Of a DNA stretch of 64,000 nt, positions 47,615 through 62,619 are shown in pieces. The notes under the pieces were generated by a model, which was not told the origin of the DNA, searched no databases, and saw only the letters and a program-made list of their open reading frames with translations. Numbering within the stretch: position 1 is the first letter of the stretch; each line of letters opens with the position of its first letter. The stretch covers positions 254,698,001 through 254,762,000 of the forward strand of contig NC_086097.1 in assembly GCF_963921235.1 (NCBI RefSeq), in the 5' to 3' direction. The stretch is from Mobula hypostoma (Eukaryota). The translations under genes were made by a program, and so were the position numbers.

Positions 47615-49409
47615 TAAAGGTTATGGGCAAAAGGCAGGTAGGTAGAGATGAGTCCATGGCCAGATCAGCCATGATCTTATTGAATGGTGGAACAGGGTTG
47701 GCGGACCAGATGCCCTACTCCTGCTCTATTTCTTATGTTCTTATGAAGTGAAAAATGGAGAAAAAAAAAGTCCAAGACTGCTACCTTGTTAAATTGGCAT
47801 CATGGGTAGAGGGTCATAAAGAGCTGTTGGCACAAAAGGTGCAGGGGCAGATAGGCCATTCAGCCCATTGGCCTTCATGAACCAATGTATTGAGTCCAGG
47901 AGTTGAAATGTTCTGCTGAAGTTGTGTAAGACGTTGGTGTTACCTAATTTGGAGTATTGTATTTACCTATAGGTGAGATTTGATAGAGGTATAAAAATTG
48001 AGGGATATAGATAGGGTAAATGCAAGATACAGCTGTATTTCCATCTTTAATATCTTTATTTTTCCTTTTCAGGGTTCTTTTGACCTGGAGTTACACGCTG
48101 ACTTTGGTTCTTTACGGGAGTGGAACCCGCTCTCCGGGTTTCATAACTGGCCATTGTTCGGTACGCCAAGGGCTCGGCCTGAGAGTCTAGCTTGAATTCA
48201 GAAACCTAAGATCTCGGGGCTCTGGAGACGGACGGATGGAGGGTCGGTGTCACGGCAGGAGAACCACGTGTCATCGGGGGAGTCGAAATATCTATGGCTG
48301 TGTGCCCGGAGACCCGAGATCTTTGAGATCTTCAGGCACAGAGCTCAAAAAAAACAACGTAATGGACTATTAGCATCGTAAACCAGCGAGTTGTTTGTAA
48401 TGTTTCCCTGCTTGCTGGGAAAAATGGAGACAGCTTCTTCTCCCTTATTAGGGAGAGAGAGAGCCAGTGGTATGCCGAGTGCTGGGTGAAATGCAAAGTC
48501 TTTGGGGTAACTGCAAGTCTGTGTCTTTGCTGTTGTTTTGCTCATGGTGAGTGCTCGTTGGCAGTGCTGATGCTTTTGTTTGCTGGTGGGGGGAGAGGGG
48601 ATTGTTGCTTACTGCCGCTTACGCGTGGGAGGGAGGGGAGCTGGGGTGGGGGGCTTTGGGGTTCTAACATTTAACTGTCATTCATTCTTTGGGGCACTTC
48701 TCTGTTTCCGTAGATGGCTGCGAAGAAGAAGCATTTCAGGATGTATATTGTATACATTTCAGGATGTATATTGTATACATTTCTCTGATATTAACTTGGA
48801 CCTTTGATCCTTTTAAGAAGGCTTTCCACTGTGGTGAGGTGGGACTGCAATTAGAGGTCATATGTTAAGGGTGAAAGGTGAAATGTTCGAGAGGAACACA
48901 AGAGGTAACTTCTTCACTCAAAGGGTGGTGAGATGCGGGTTCAATTTCAACGTCTGAGAGAAATTTGGATAGGTACATGCATGGGAGTATAGATGACTAT
49001 GGTCTGGGTGCAGGTTTATGGAACTAAACAGCGTAATAGATTGGCACAGAATATTGACAAGCATCCCCTTAAAGCAAGGGGTGTAGATGGGGTGGAGTTT
49101 GCTAGGTATGTTCAGTAAGGTTTCCTGATGTGATATGTAGATAAGCCAAATAGAGGTTGTACATGATCTGGTATTAGGAAATGTACCTGGTTAGCTGTTA
49201 GATAGCACGATGGAAGAGCATTTTGGAGGTAGTGATCATAACTCTGTCTCCTTTACCATAGCACTGGAGAGGGATAGGAGCAGATAATTTGGAAAAATAT
49301 TTAATTGGGGTAGGGGGAATATGACGTTATTAGGCAGAAACTTGGGAGCATAAGTTGGAAGCAGATGTTCTCAGGGAAATACATGACAGAAATGTGGCAA
49401 ATGTTCAGG

Positions 49410-50895
49410 GTCTTCCCAAACCAGAAACCCTGGATTCTGAGGCTGAGGTACAGAGATGTTTCCAACAGGTGGACAGTCACAAGGCTGCGGGACCGGACAG
49501 CATCCTAGGGCAAGTACTCAGGATGTGCCCAGCACAACTGGCAGGTGTGTTTACAGACATTTTTAATCTCTTCTTCAAATTATCCAACATTGTCCCTGTA
49601 CCAAAACAGACCAAGATAACATGCCTTAATAACTGGTGCCCTATCGCACTCACCACAATAATAAGCAAATGCTTTGAAAGGCTGGTCAAGGATTACATCT
49701 GCAGCTTGCTACCACCCACACTGGACGTCCTACGATTCGTCTACCGACAAAACCGATCAACAAATGACACAATAGCCACAGCTCTACATACCGTCCTTGC
49801 ACATCTGGAGAAGGATGCTTATGTGAGAATGCTGTTCTTGGACTACAGTTCAGCATTCAACACCATAATTCCATCCAGGTTCGACAGGAAGCTCAGGAGA
49901 GACCTCAGCCTCAATGCTACCTTGGATCTTGGACTTCCTGTCAGATCGCTGGCAGGTGGTAAGAGTGAGCTCCCTCACCTCCAGCCCTCTGACTCTCAGC
50001 ACAGGAGCCCCTCAGGGCTGTGTACTAAGTCCCCTCCTTTACTCCCTGTATACCCATGACTGTGTCGCCACCCACAGCTCCAATCTACTAATTCAATTTG
50101 CCAATGACACTACATTGATTGGCCTTATCTCAAACAATAACGAGGTGGCCTACAGGGAAGAAGTCATCTGTCTGACACAGTGATGTCAAGAACACAACCT
50201 CTCCCTCAATGTCGCAAAAACAAAGGAGCTGGTTGTGGATTACAGGTGGAATGGAGATGGGCTAACCCCTATTGACATCAATGGATCTGGGGTTGAGAGG
50301 GCATCCACATCACCGAGGACCTCAGGTGGTCTGTACACACCAGCTGTGTGGTGAAAAAGGCACAACAGCACCTCTTTCACCTCAGACAGTTCAAGAAGTT
50401 TGCTATGGGCCCCCAAATCCTAAGAACTTTCTACAGGGGCACAATTGAGAGCATCCTGACTGGCTGCATCACTGCCTGGTATGGGAATTGTACCTCCCTT
50501 AATTGCAAGATTCTGCAGAGAGTGGTGCAGACAGCCCAGTGCATCTGTAGTTGTGAACTTCCCATGATTCAGGAGATTTTAAAAAACAGCTGTGTAAAAA
50601 GGGCCTGAAGGATCATTGGGGACCTGAGTTACCCCAACCACAATCTATTCCAGCTGCTACCATCTGGGAAACAGTACCGCAGCATAAAAGCCAGGACCAA
50701 CAGGCTCCGGGACAGCTTCTTCCACTAAGACATCAAACTAATTAACTCACAATTTGAGTGTATTTCTATGTTACATTGTTCTATTTATTATAAATTATCA
50801 TAAATTACTATGGTTTTTGCACATTTAGATGGAGACGTAACAAAGATTTTTACTCCTCTTGTACGTGAAGGATGTCAGAAATAAAGTCAATTCAG
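49410..50895 (+). mobile_element. Rex1/Babar-clade LINE RT fragment nested in CR1
   Basis: [33 protein letters not shown] motifs, frameshifted. Confidence 0.85.
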
Positions 50896-51390
50896 TGAAT
50901 ACTTTGCTTCAGTATACACCAGTGAAAAGGATCTTGGCAATTGTCGGAATGACTTACAGCAGACTGCAAAGCTTGAGCATAAAGACATTAAGAGGATGTG
51001 CTGGAGCTTTTGAAAAGCATTACACTAGATAAATCGCCAGTCCAGATGAGATATACCCTGGGAAGCAAAGGAGGAGATTGCTGAGCCTCTGGCAATGATC
51101 TTTGCATTGTCAATAGGCAAGGGAGAAGTACCAGAGGATTGGAGGGTTGAAAATGTTGTTCTCTTGTTCAAGAAAGGGAGTAGAGATAACCCAGGGAATT
51201 GTAGACCAGTGAGTCTGACTTCAGTGGTAGGCAAGTTGTTGGAAAAGATCCTGAGAGGTAGGATTTATAAACATTTGGAGAGGCATAATATGATAAGGGG
51301 TAGTCAGCATGGCTTTTTCAAGGGCAGGTCATGCCTCACGAGCCGATTGAATTCTTTGAGGATGTAACAATACACGTTGATGAAAGTAGA

Positions 51391-51939
51391 CACGAGAAAA
51401 TCTGAGATGCTGGAAATTCAAACAACACACACAAAATGCTGGTAGAACACAGCAGGCCAGGCAGCATCTATAGGAAGAAGTACAGTCGACGTTTCTGGCT
51501 GGAACCCTCCGTCAGGACTAACTGAAGGAAGAGCTAGTAAGAGATTTGAAAGTGGGGGGGGGAGGGGGAGATCCGACATGATAGGAGGAGACAGGAGGGG
51601 GAGGGATAGAGCCAAGAGCTGGACAGGTGATTGGCAAAAGGGATATGAGCAGATCATGGGACAGGAGGCCCGGGGAGAAGGAAAGGGGGAGGGGAGCCCA
51701 GAGGAAGATGGAGAGCAGGCAAGGAGTGATTGTGAGAGGGACAGAGAGAGAAAAAAGCGAGAGAAAAAAAGGGGGAAATAATAAATAAATAAGGGATGGG
51801 ATAAGAAGGGGAGGAGAGGCATTAACAGAAGTTAGAGAAATCAATGTTCATGCCATCAGGTTGGAGGCTACCCAGACGGAATACAACGCTCCAACCTGAG
51901 CGTGGCTTCATCTTGACAGTAGAGGAGGCCATGGATTTA
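51391..51939 (-). mobile_element. Penelope-like element E, 3' portion
   Basis: 14-bp TSD ttgatgaaagtaga (51377, 51940); FRLGSLQPDGMNIDFSNF C-terminus; degenerate hammerhead. Confidence 0.9.
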
Positions 51940-54900
51940 TTGATGAAAGTAGAGCAGTGTATATGGATTTCAGTAAGGTGTTTGATAAGGTTCCCCATGC
52001 AAGGCTCATTCAAAAAGTAAGGAGGCATGGGATCCAAGGAGACCTTGCTTTGTGAATCCTGATTTGGCTTGCCCACAGAAGGCAAAATGTGGTTGTAGAT
52101 GGTTTGTATTCTGCATGAGGTCAGTAACTTGGGGTGTTCTGCAAGGATCTGTTCTGGGACCCCTCCTCTTTGTGATTTTTATAAATGACCTGGATGAGGA
52201 AGTGAAGGGATGGGTTAGTAAGTTTGCTGATGACACAAAGGTTGGGAGTGTTGTGGATAGTGTGGAGGGCTGTCAGAGGTTACAGCGGGACATTGGTAGG
52301 ATGCAGAACTGGGCTTAGAAGTGGCAGATGGAGTTCAACCCATTCAAGTGTGAAGTGTTTCACTTTGATTGGTCAAATTTGAAGGCAGAATATAATACAA
52401 ATTGTAAGACTCTTGGCAGTGTGGAGGAGCTGAGTGATCTTGGGGTCCTTGTCCATAGGGCACTCAAAGCTGCTGCACAGATTGACAGTGTTGTTAAGAA
52501 GGTATATGGTGTGTTGGCCTTTGTCAACTGTGGGATAGATTTCAAGAGCCATGAGGTAATGTTACAGCTACATAGGACCCTGGTCAGACCCCACTTGGAG
52601 TACTGTGTTCAGTTCTGGTCACCTCACTACAGAAAAGATGTGGATACTATAGCGAGAGTGCAGAGGAAATTCACAAGGATGTTGCCTGGATTGGAGAGTG
52701 TGCTTTATGAGAATAGGTTGAGTGAACTTGGCCTTTTCTCCTTGGAGCGACGGAGGATGAGAGGTGACCTGGTAGAGGTGTACTGTACAAGATGATGAGA
52801 AGCATTGATCGTGTGGATAGCCAGAGGCTTTTTCCCAGGGCTGAAACAGCTAACGCGAGGGGACATAGTTTTAAGGCGTTTGAAAGTGGGTATGGGGGGG
52901 GAGCGAGGATGTCAGAGGCAAGATTTTCCACACGCAGAGTGGTGGGTGTAAGGAATGCACTGCCAGTGAAGTTGGTAAAGGCAGATATAATGTCTCTTAA
53001 GAGCTTCTTCGGTAGGTACATGGAGCTTAGAAAAATAGAGGGCTATGCAGTATGGAAATTCGAGGCAGTTTCTTGAGTAGCTTACATTGTGGGTCAAAGG
53101 GCTTATAATATGCTGTAGATTTCTATGTTCAATGTAAAAAAAATCAAAAAGGGCAAATACAGGACTGAAGATATCATATTTGAATACGCGCAGAATAGAG
53201 AATAAGGTAGCTGAACTTGTAACACGTTATACATTGACATGTATGATGTTGTGCACATCACTCATTTATGGCTGAAAGATTATAGCTGGGAGTTTAATGT
53301 CTAAGGATATACAGTGTATTGTATCGAAAGGACAGGCAGGTAGGCATGGCTTTGCTGTTAAAAAATGACATCAAGTCATTAGAAAGAGGTGACATAGGGT
53401 CAGAAGGTGTTGAATCGTTGTGGGTAGAGTTGAGGAACTGTGAGGGTAAAAATCCTGATGGCTGTTATTTTCAGATGTCCAGACAGGAGTAAGGATGTGG
53501 TCTACAAATGACAAAGAGAGATAGAAAATGTATGCCAAAATGACAATATTATGATAGTCATGGGGGATTTCAATAGATCGGGACATTCTGGTTGGTGCTG
53601 GTTCCCTAGTGGGAGAATTTCAGCATGCTAATAAGATGGTTTCTGAGAGCAGCTCATGCTTGAGCCCACTAGGAGATCAGCTATTTTCAATTGGATTTTG
53701 TGCAAATTAAAGAGATAAGGTAAAGGAACCCTTCAGGGAGTGATCATAATATGATTGAATTCACCCTGAAATTTGAGAAAGAGAAGCTAAAATCAGATGA
53801 ACAGTATTGCAGTGGAGTAAATGGAATTACAGAGGCAAGACAGAGGAGCTGGCCAGACCTGATTTGAAAAGAACACTGGCATGGATGACAGCAGAGCAGC
53901 AATTTGCTAAAATTTGTGGAAGCAAATTTCTAGAAGCCGCAGGATATATACATATAGATATATAATGTGGATAAATGTGAGGTTATTCACTTTGCTGGCA
54001 AGGACAGGAAAACAGATTATTATCTGAATGGTGGCCGATTAGGAAAAGGGGAGGTGCAACGAGACCTGGGTGTCATTATACACCAGTCATTGAAAGTGGG
54101 CATGCAGGTACAGCAGGCGGTGAAAAAGGCGAATGGTATGCTGGCATTCATAGCGAGAGGATTCGAGTACAGGAGCAGGGAGGTACTACTGCAGTTGTAC
54201 AAGGCCTTGGTGAGACCACACCTGGAGTATTGTGTGCAGTTTTGGTCCCCTAATTTGAGGAAAGACATCCTTGCCATAGAGGGAGTACAAAGAAGGTTCA
54301 CCAGATTGATTCCTGGGATGGCAGGACTTTCATATGATGAAAGACTAGATCGGCTAGGCTTATACTCATTGGAATTTAGAAGATTGAGGGGGGATCTTAT
54401 TGAAATATATAAATTCCTAAAGGGATTGGAGAGGCTAGATGCAGGAAGATTGTTCCCGATGTTGGGGAAGTCCAGAATGAGGGGTCACAGTTTGAGGATA
54501 AAGGGGAAGCCTTTTAGGACCGAGATTAGGAAAAACTTCTTCACACAGAGAGTGGTGAATCTGTGGAATTCTCTGCCACAGGAAACAGTTGAGGCCAGTT
54601 CATTGGCTATATTTAAGAGGGAGTTAGATATGGCCCTTGGGGCTAAAGGGATCAGCGGGTATGGAGGGAAGGCTGGTACAGGGTTCTGAGTTGGATGATC
54701 AGCCATGATCATACTGAATGGCGGTGCAGGCTCGAAGGGCCGAATAGCCTACTCCTGCACCTATTTTCTATGTCTATGTCTATGTCTATGTCTATCCAAA
54801 GAGGAAGTAGTAACATAACTGTGGTTAACAAGAGAAATCAAAGCCAACATAAAAGCCAAAGAGAGTACATAGAATGGAGCAAAATTTAGTGGGAATTTCA

Positions 54901-57900
54901 GAGGATTAGGAAGCTTTTAAAAACCAGCAGAAGGCAACTAAAAAATTCAATAAGAAGGAAAAGATGGAATATGAAAGTAATGTTTCTGTGACGATGTTTC
55001 TATGGCTATCAGGCAGGAAATTGGAAGCTTAAATTGGAAACAGATGTTCTCTGGGAAAAGTATGCAAGAAATGTGGCAAATGTTCAGGGGATATTTGTGT
55101 GGAGTTCTGCATAGGTACGTTCCAATGAAACAGGGAAGTTATGGTAGGGTACAGGAACCGTGTACAAAGGCTGTAGTACATCTAGTCAAGAAGAAAAGAA
55201 AAGCTTACAAAAGGTTAAGAGAGCTAGGTAATGTTAGAGAGCTAGAAGATTATAAGGCTAATAGGAAGCAGCTTAATAGCCAAAAGCAGAGATTGATAGG
55301 CTCTTGATTGGACACAGCATCAACATTATGGGGAGTAGGACAGGGAGTGGGGCTGAGGAAGAGAAAAATAATGATCAGCCATGAGTGAATGGTGGGGCAG
55401 ACGTGATAGGCCAAGTGGCCTAATTCCACTCCTATGTCTAACGGTCTCATGGAATCGTCAAGAAGAAAAGAAAAGCTTACAAATAGTTCAGAGAGCTAAG
55501 TAATGTTAGAGATCTAGAAGATTATAAGGTTAACAGGAAGGAGCTTAAGAAGAAAATTAGGAGAGCCAGAAGGGGCCATGAAAAGGCCTTGGCAGGCAGG
55601 ATTAAGGAAAACCCCAAGGCATTCTATGAGTATGTGAAGAGCAAGAGGATAAGACATGACAGAATAGGACCAATCAAGTGTGACAGTGGAAAATGTGTAT
55701 GGAACCGGAGGAAATAGCAGAGGTACTTAATGAATACTTTACTTCAGTATTCACTGTGGAAAACAATCTTGGTGATTGTAATGATTGAGGGAGTTAGATA
55801 TGGCCCTTGTGGCTACGGGGATCAGGGGGTATGGAGGGAAGGCTGGGGCAGGGTTCTGAGTTGGATGATCAGCCATGATCATAATAAATGGCGGTGCAGG
55901 CTCGAAGGGCCGAATGGCCTACTCCTGCACCTATTTTCTATGTTTCTATGCTTCTATGTAGTGATGATTTGCAGCAGACTAAAAAGCTTGAGCATGTAGA
56001 TATTAAGAAAGAGGATGTGCTGGAGCTTTTGGAAACCATCAAGTTGGATAAGTCGCCGGGACCGGATGAGATTTACCCCAGGCTACTGTGGGAGGCGAGG
56101 GAGGAGATTGCTGAGCCTCTGGCGATGATCTTTGCATCATCAATGGGGACGGGAGAGGTTCCGGAGGATTGGAGGGTTGCAGATGTTGTTCCTTTATTCA
56201 AGAAAGGGAGTAGAGATAGCCCAGGAAATTATAGACCAGTGAGTCTTATAAGTTGATGGAGAAGATCCTGAGAGGCAGGATTTATGAACATTTGGAGAGG
56301 TATAATATGATTAGAAGTGGTCAGCATGGCTTTGTCAAGGGCATGTCATGCCTTAAGAGCCTGACTGAATTTTTTGAGGATGTGACTAAACACATTGATG
56401 AAGGAAGAGCTGTAGATGTAGTGTATATGGATTTCAGCAAGGCATTTCATAAGGTACCCCATGCAAGGTTTATTGAGAAAGTAAGGAGGCATGGGATCCA
56501 AGAGGACCTTGCTTTGTGGATCCAGGACTGGCTTGCCCACAGAAGGCAAAGAGTGGCTATGGACGGGTCATATTCTGCACGAAGGTCGGTCACCAGTTGT
56601 GTGCCTCAGGGATCTGTTCTGGGACTCTTACTCTTCATGATTTTTATAAGTGACCTGGATAAGGAAGTGGAGGGATGCGTTAGTAAGTTTGCTGATGACA
56701 CAAAGGTTGGAGGTGTTGTGGATAGTATGGAGGGCTGTCAGAGGTTACAGCGGGACATAGATAGGATGCAAAACTGGGCTGAGCAGCGGCAGGTGGAGTT
56801 AAACCCAGATAAGCGTGAAGCGTTTCATTCTGGTAGGTCAAATATGATGGCAGAATATAGTATTAATGGTAAGACTCTTGACAGTGCGGAGGATCAGAGG
56901 GATCTTGGGGTCCAAGTCCTCAGGATACTCAAAGCAGCCGTACAGGTTGATTCTGTGGTTAAGAAGGCGTACAGTGTATTGGCACTGTGTATTTGTGTAA
57001 ATACACTAAATACAGTGTATTTAGGTGCCGAGAGGTAATGTTGCAGCTATATAGGACCCTGGTCAGATCCCACTTAGAGTACTGTGCTCAGTTCTGGTCG
57101 CCTCACTACAGGAAGGATGTGAAAACCATAGAAAGGATGCAGAGGAGATTTACAAGGATATTGCCTGCATTGGGGAGCATGCCTTATGAGAATAGGTTGA
57201 GTGAACTCGGTCTTTTCTCCTTGGAGTGATGGAGGATGAGAGGTGACCTGATAGAGGTGTACAAGATGATGAGAGGCATTGATCGTGTGGATAGTCAGAA
57301 GCTTTTTCCCAGGGTTGAAATGGTTGCCAGAAGAGGACATAGGTTTAAGGTGCTGGGGAGTAGGTACAGAGGAGATGTCAGGGGTAAGTTTTTACTCAGA
57401 GAGTGGTGAGTGTGTGGAATGGGCTGCCGGCAAATTTGTGGGCCAAAGGGCCTGTATTGTGCTGTAGGTAGTGGATGATTGCTTATCAGACTGGAGGCCT
57501 GTGACTAGTGGTGTGCCTCAAGGATCTGTGCTGGGACCATTGTTGTTTGTTGTCTATATCAATGATCTGGATAATAATGTGGTAAATTGGATCAGCAAGT
57601 TTGCTGATGACACTAAGATTGGAGGCGTCGTGGACAGCAAGGAAGGCTTTCAAAACTTGCAGAGGGATCTGGACCAACTAGAAAAATGGGCCAGAAAATG
57701 GCAGATGGAATTTGATGTAGACAAGTGTAAGGTGTCGCATTTTGGAAGGACAAATCAAGGTAGGACATACACAGTAAATGGTAGGGCACTGAAGAGTGCA
57801 GAGGAACAAAGAGATCTGGGAGTTCAGATACATAATTCCTTGAGAGTGGCGTCACAGATAGACAGGGTTGTAAAGAAGGCTTTTGGCATCCTGGCATTCA

Positions 57901-59984
57901 TAAATCAAAGTATTGAGTATAGGAGTTGGGATGCTATGGGGAGGTTGTTTAAGACATTGGTGAGGCCAAATTTGGAGTATTGTGTACAGTTCTGGTCACC
58001 TAACTATAGGAAGGATATCAGTAAGATTGAAAGAATGCAGAGAAGATTTACTAGGATGTTGCCAGGTCTTCAGGAGTTGAGCTACAGGGAAAGACTGAAC
58101 AGGTTAGGACTTTATTCCTTGGAGCGTAGAAGAATAAGGGGAGATTTGATTGAGGTTTACAAAATTATGAGGGGTATAGATAGAGTAAATGCGAGTAGGC
58201 TCTTTCCACTTAGATTAGGAGAGATAAATAGGAGAGGACATGGCTTTAGGGTGAAAGGGGAAAAGTTTAGGGGAACATTAGGGGGAGCTTCTTCACTCAG
58301 AAAGTGGTGGGAGTGTGGAATGAGCTGCCATCTGACATTGTAAATGTGGGCTCACTCTTAAGTTTTAAGTATAAATTGGATAGATACATGGATGGGAGAG
58401 GTCTGGAGGGTTATGGACTGGGTGCAGGTCAATGGGACTAGCGGAATAAAGTTTTGGCACAGACTAGAAGGGCCAAATGGCCTGTTTTCTGTGTTCTCGG
58501 GTTCTAGATTTTCTATGTTTTCTATTTATTTATTGAGATACAGCACAGAATAGGCTCTTCCAGCCCTCTGAGCCACACCATCCAGCAACCTTCCTTTTAA
58601 CCCTCACATAATCACAGGACAATGTAGGACGAAGAAACTTACAGATGGTGCTGGAATTGAACTCCAAACTCTGGAATGCCCCAAACTGTAATGGTGTTGT
58701 GCAAACCACTATGCTACTGTGGCACCCATATAACACTACAACAAAGCACAGTCCCCTCAGCCTACTCCAATATCAATCTAATCCTTCCCTCCCACATTGC
58801 TCTCCATTTTCCTATTCTCCATGTGCCTCAATTCTAAAAGTGTCTCAAGTGTCCCTCATATATCTGCCTCTGACAGCACCCCAGGCAGTACTCTCCACAC
58901 ACCCACCACTCTGGGGAAAGAAAAAACTATCTCTGACATCCCTCCTATACTTTCCTCCAAATACTTTAAAATTAACTAGGGGCAAATATCCTGCCAAGGA
59001 ACTGACGTGAAGCCTGTTATCTCAGGGAACTGGCATGAAGCTTCAAACAGACCTACTTGAGTGAGAGATCTAAACTCGAGCAATAATATTCCTGTGCTGG
59101 ATGCTTTTCCAACACGTCACTAAATTCCCCAGTATTCAACAACTTTCTATTTATAGAACAGCTGCATATTGTCCTGAAGTAACTGCACTTACGTCTGGCA
59201 GAATGATTTCCTTTCAGACATCTAGCACAACACACACATACTTCTGGTAACATTTTAAGGTTAATCCCTTTTACTTTTTCAAGCAACATCTTGTATTTAG
59301 TCAATTTTAAAGAAATGTCATTGTCAGCTCAGTTGCATTCCTTCAAGCTCCATTGTCAAAAGTTAACATACAGTTCAGAATCACAGTAAAGCTACAGACA
59401 CTCAGGACCAGCCACATCAAGCTCAAATTCAAGATAAATTGTCATTCATCCATACACATAAATGCAGCAAAACAAAACAGCCAAGGTACAAAACACAGAA
59501 CCAAAAGTCATACACAGCACAAGGCACATATACGATAGCAGTAAACGCAAGTCACACGAAAAAATATGATGTAGCCCAAATCCCTCAGTGATATGTTCTG
59601 TAGATTGATGGTGCATCGGTGTTGTTGGCAAGAACAGACACACAGCAGTTTGACCATTACGTGATAGTGCAGCCACAGGCGAATGCAATCCAGCTTCTTT
59701 TTCATCAAGTGAACAGGGAAGGGCAGCAGCAATGAGAGGGGCGAGTCCCCAAACCATATGGACTTCAACGCATTCGTTGTGCCTCTGATCTCTTCAACAC
59801 CAAGTTTGCAGTTTTTGACATTACCAATGTCCAACAGGGTCTTGCAATCACAATTAAAACATCCAGAACAAATACTCATTTCTCACGTTACCAGCTTCGC
59901 ATTTTGAAACTTGCTGCGTCATTTCTAACAGAAACACGGGTTAGAAAGAGCTTGGCCAGTGAGAGGGTGAATGAAGTGACTTGC

Positions 59985-61470
59985 ACAAGTCTTCACTGTG
60001 GAAGACACTAGCAATTTGGTGGAAGTTCCAAGTGTTAGGGGTCATGAGGTGTGTGAAGTTACCAGCTGAGGGAGGTGGCAGTTCTCATACCCTGGAAGGG
60101 GCAGTTACAGAAGGACTTAGACATATTGGGAGAATGGCAAAGAAATGGCAGATGGAATACAGCATCAGGAAGTACATGGTCATGCATTTTTGTAGAAGAA
60201 ATAAAAGGGTTGACTATTTTCTAAACGGAGAGACCACACAAAAAAACTGAGGTGCAGAGGGACCATACCCAGAAGATCATAGACCTTAAGACATGGAGCA
60301 GAATGAGGCCATTCAGCCCAGAGTCTGTTCTGCTACTCCATCATGGCTGATCCGAGATCCCTTCTCGCTGTATCCTTTGATACCCTGACTGATCAGGAAT
60401 CTATCAACTTCTGCTTTAAATATACATAGAAACATAGAAAACCTACAGCACAATACAGGCCTTTCGGCCCACAAAGTGCTGAACATGTCCTTACCTTAGA
60501 AATTATCTAGGGTTACCCATAGCCCTCTATTGTTCTGAGCTCCATGTACCTGTCCAGGAGTCTCTTAAAAGACCCTATTGTATCCGCCTCCACCACTTTC
60601 ACCAGAAGCCCATTCCACGCACTCACCACTCTCGGCGTAAAAAACTTACCCCTGACATCTCCTCTGTACCTATTTCCAAGCACCTTAAAACTGTATCCTT
60701 TCGTGCTGGCCATTTCAGCCCTGGGAAAAAGCCTCTGACTATCCACATGATCAATACCTCTCATCATCTTATACATCTCTATCAGGTCATCTCTCATCCT
60801 CCATCGCACCAAGAGAAAAAGGCCAAGTAAGATGTTGTTGTTGTGACACCATTCAGCCAGATTTTCAATCTCCATCCTGTGGCCCAGTTCACCGACTTGC
60901 AGCACTCCTCTGTCTCCTGCAGTCACCTCTCCATTGTCCTAATCTCTGGAGCTTTGCTCCTTAGCCTCTTCCTAAAGGATAGCCAAGTGATCAGATTTAT
61001 CAAAATATGGCCTCTGTGATCTCGTATGTTGGGATCTCTGGTGCTATAGGTTACAGTACAGTATATACTGATGGTAATAGGCAGGGTTTTCTGTTTGAAG
61101 TCCCCAACTATGATTTGAAAATGTGTCAGGATGGACTGATTCTTGCTTGAGGATGATGTCATTCACTATCTCAAGTGTTTGATTATAGTTGGTGGCTGGT
61201 TGTATGTAAACTGTGGTCAGGATTGTGGAGAACAATTCCGGACATGCCCTCTTCTCATTGCTACCATCAAGAGGTCCAGGAGCCTGAAGACACACACTCA
61301 ATATTTCAGAAACAGCTTCTTTCCCTCCTCCATCAGATTTCTGAATGGACGATGAACCCATCAACACTTTTTTTAACTCTCTTTTTGCACTCTTTACTTA
61401 TCTTTTTAATATATATTTCTGATTGTAATTTATAGATGTTTTTATTATGCATTCCAATGTACCGCTGCAA
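59985..61470. mobile_element. Mixed CR1 and Rex1-like fragments
   Basis: KWQMEY (plus); MRDDLIE...KIEGYG-type end (minus); RSLKTHTQYFRNSFFP (plus). Confidence 0.7.
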
Positions 61471-61809
61471 ACCTGAGGCAGGCCAGTATTTAGCTGAAGG
61501 GGCCATTGGGTGGAGGAGGACTAATAAATCCCTGGGGCCTAATGAGAATTATCCCAGGTTGCTGTGACAACCAGAAGAGGAGATAATTGTATTTATACAC
61601 AAATCTCACTGCCGAAGGTGAAGTGACGTCTGATACAAACATTACATTTAAGACATTCTGTACTTAGACAGGCCCTTAAATAGCCAAGGTCTGGAAGGAA
61701 ATGGTGGACAAATGCGGGCAGTGTGGGGAAGTAAAATTGTTGACATGGAAGTGGCTAGCTGTAAGATCTATTTCTATGTAGTAACTTTCTAAAACTTTCA
61801 GATACAGAT

Positions 61810-62000
61810 ACAACACAGTAATTGGTCCTTGTAGCCCAGTTACACTCATGTGACCAATTAACTTACAAACCTTTGGAATGTGGGAGGAAACTGGAGCACC
61901 CAGAGGAAACCCACACAGTTGCGGGGAGAGTGTACGAACTCCTTATGGACAACAGTGGAACTGCACTGGGTGCTGGTGTGGTAACTAACCATTACCCCAG
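61810..62000 (-). mobile_element. V-SINE (HE1-like) remnant
   Basis: Reverse complement reads GGAGTT.GTAC..TCTCCCC...GTGGGTTTCCTCTGGGTGCTCCAGTTTCCTCCCACA, the V-domain as recalled. Confidence 0.75.
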
Positions 62001-62619
62001 TATAGTTTTCAGTGTCACTCTTCTCGAATGGGTTTTATTGCAGTAATTACACAGAGTTGATAACACAGCCACAGGCTGACTGATTCAAGCTGGTGTTTAC
62101 ATCCCAAGGACCTATTCCGACTAATTCTCCTATAATCCTATTAACTATTAATTCCACTTCCTTGTCTCATTTTTAATCCTGTTTTAAATAAATCCAAGCT
62201 ACCCATCATAAACACATCATTGGTCATTCTATCCATTCAATGGGAAATGAGGTTTCTCCCTATTGGGCCCATTAATAACAACCCCATTTCTACAGCTAAT
62301 TGCTTTGACCTTCAAGTAAGGAGATAGTTTATCTGCATCTGCTTGCAATATCTACTGTGATGGAAATCGGTCAGTGTACACAGTTTAATGTAATGTGATT
62401 GAAGTTCAGTTAATGCACAGTTTCATGCAATACCTCTGGTGATGTACCATGAGTTTTTAATCTTACCAGACACAGCAATTTGCTATGCAAGTGAAACATT
62501 TTACAGAATATAGTCCAGGATTGAATTAAAAAATACTCTGGTACAGAATTCACATAAAATACCGTAATGCAAGTTCTGATATCATGTCATTTCAAAACTG
62601 CAGAATATTAACGTATTGA

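Larger units (their letters stand above)
47890..58525 (+). mobile_element. Large cluster of plus-strand CR1 copies, including younger 3' pieces (53960-54795, 55785-55958, 57468-58525)
   Basis: Multiple RT ORF fragments (53967-54689, 56253-57038, 57471-58343); (TATGTC)n and (TTCTATG)n tails. Confidence 0.85.

Noticed and set aside
59187..59260. Minus-strand GTAAGT donor as a candidate TMEM71 non-coding exon 1
   Set aside because: A single motif with no transcript evidence; similar motifs occur elsewhere (e.g. about 45268).
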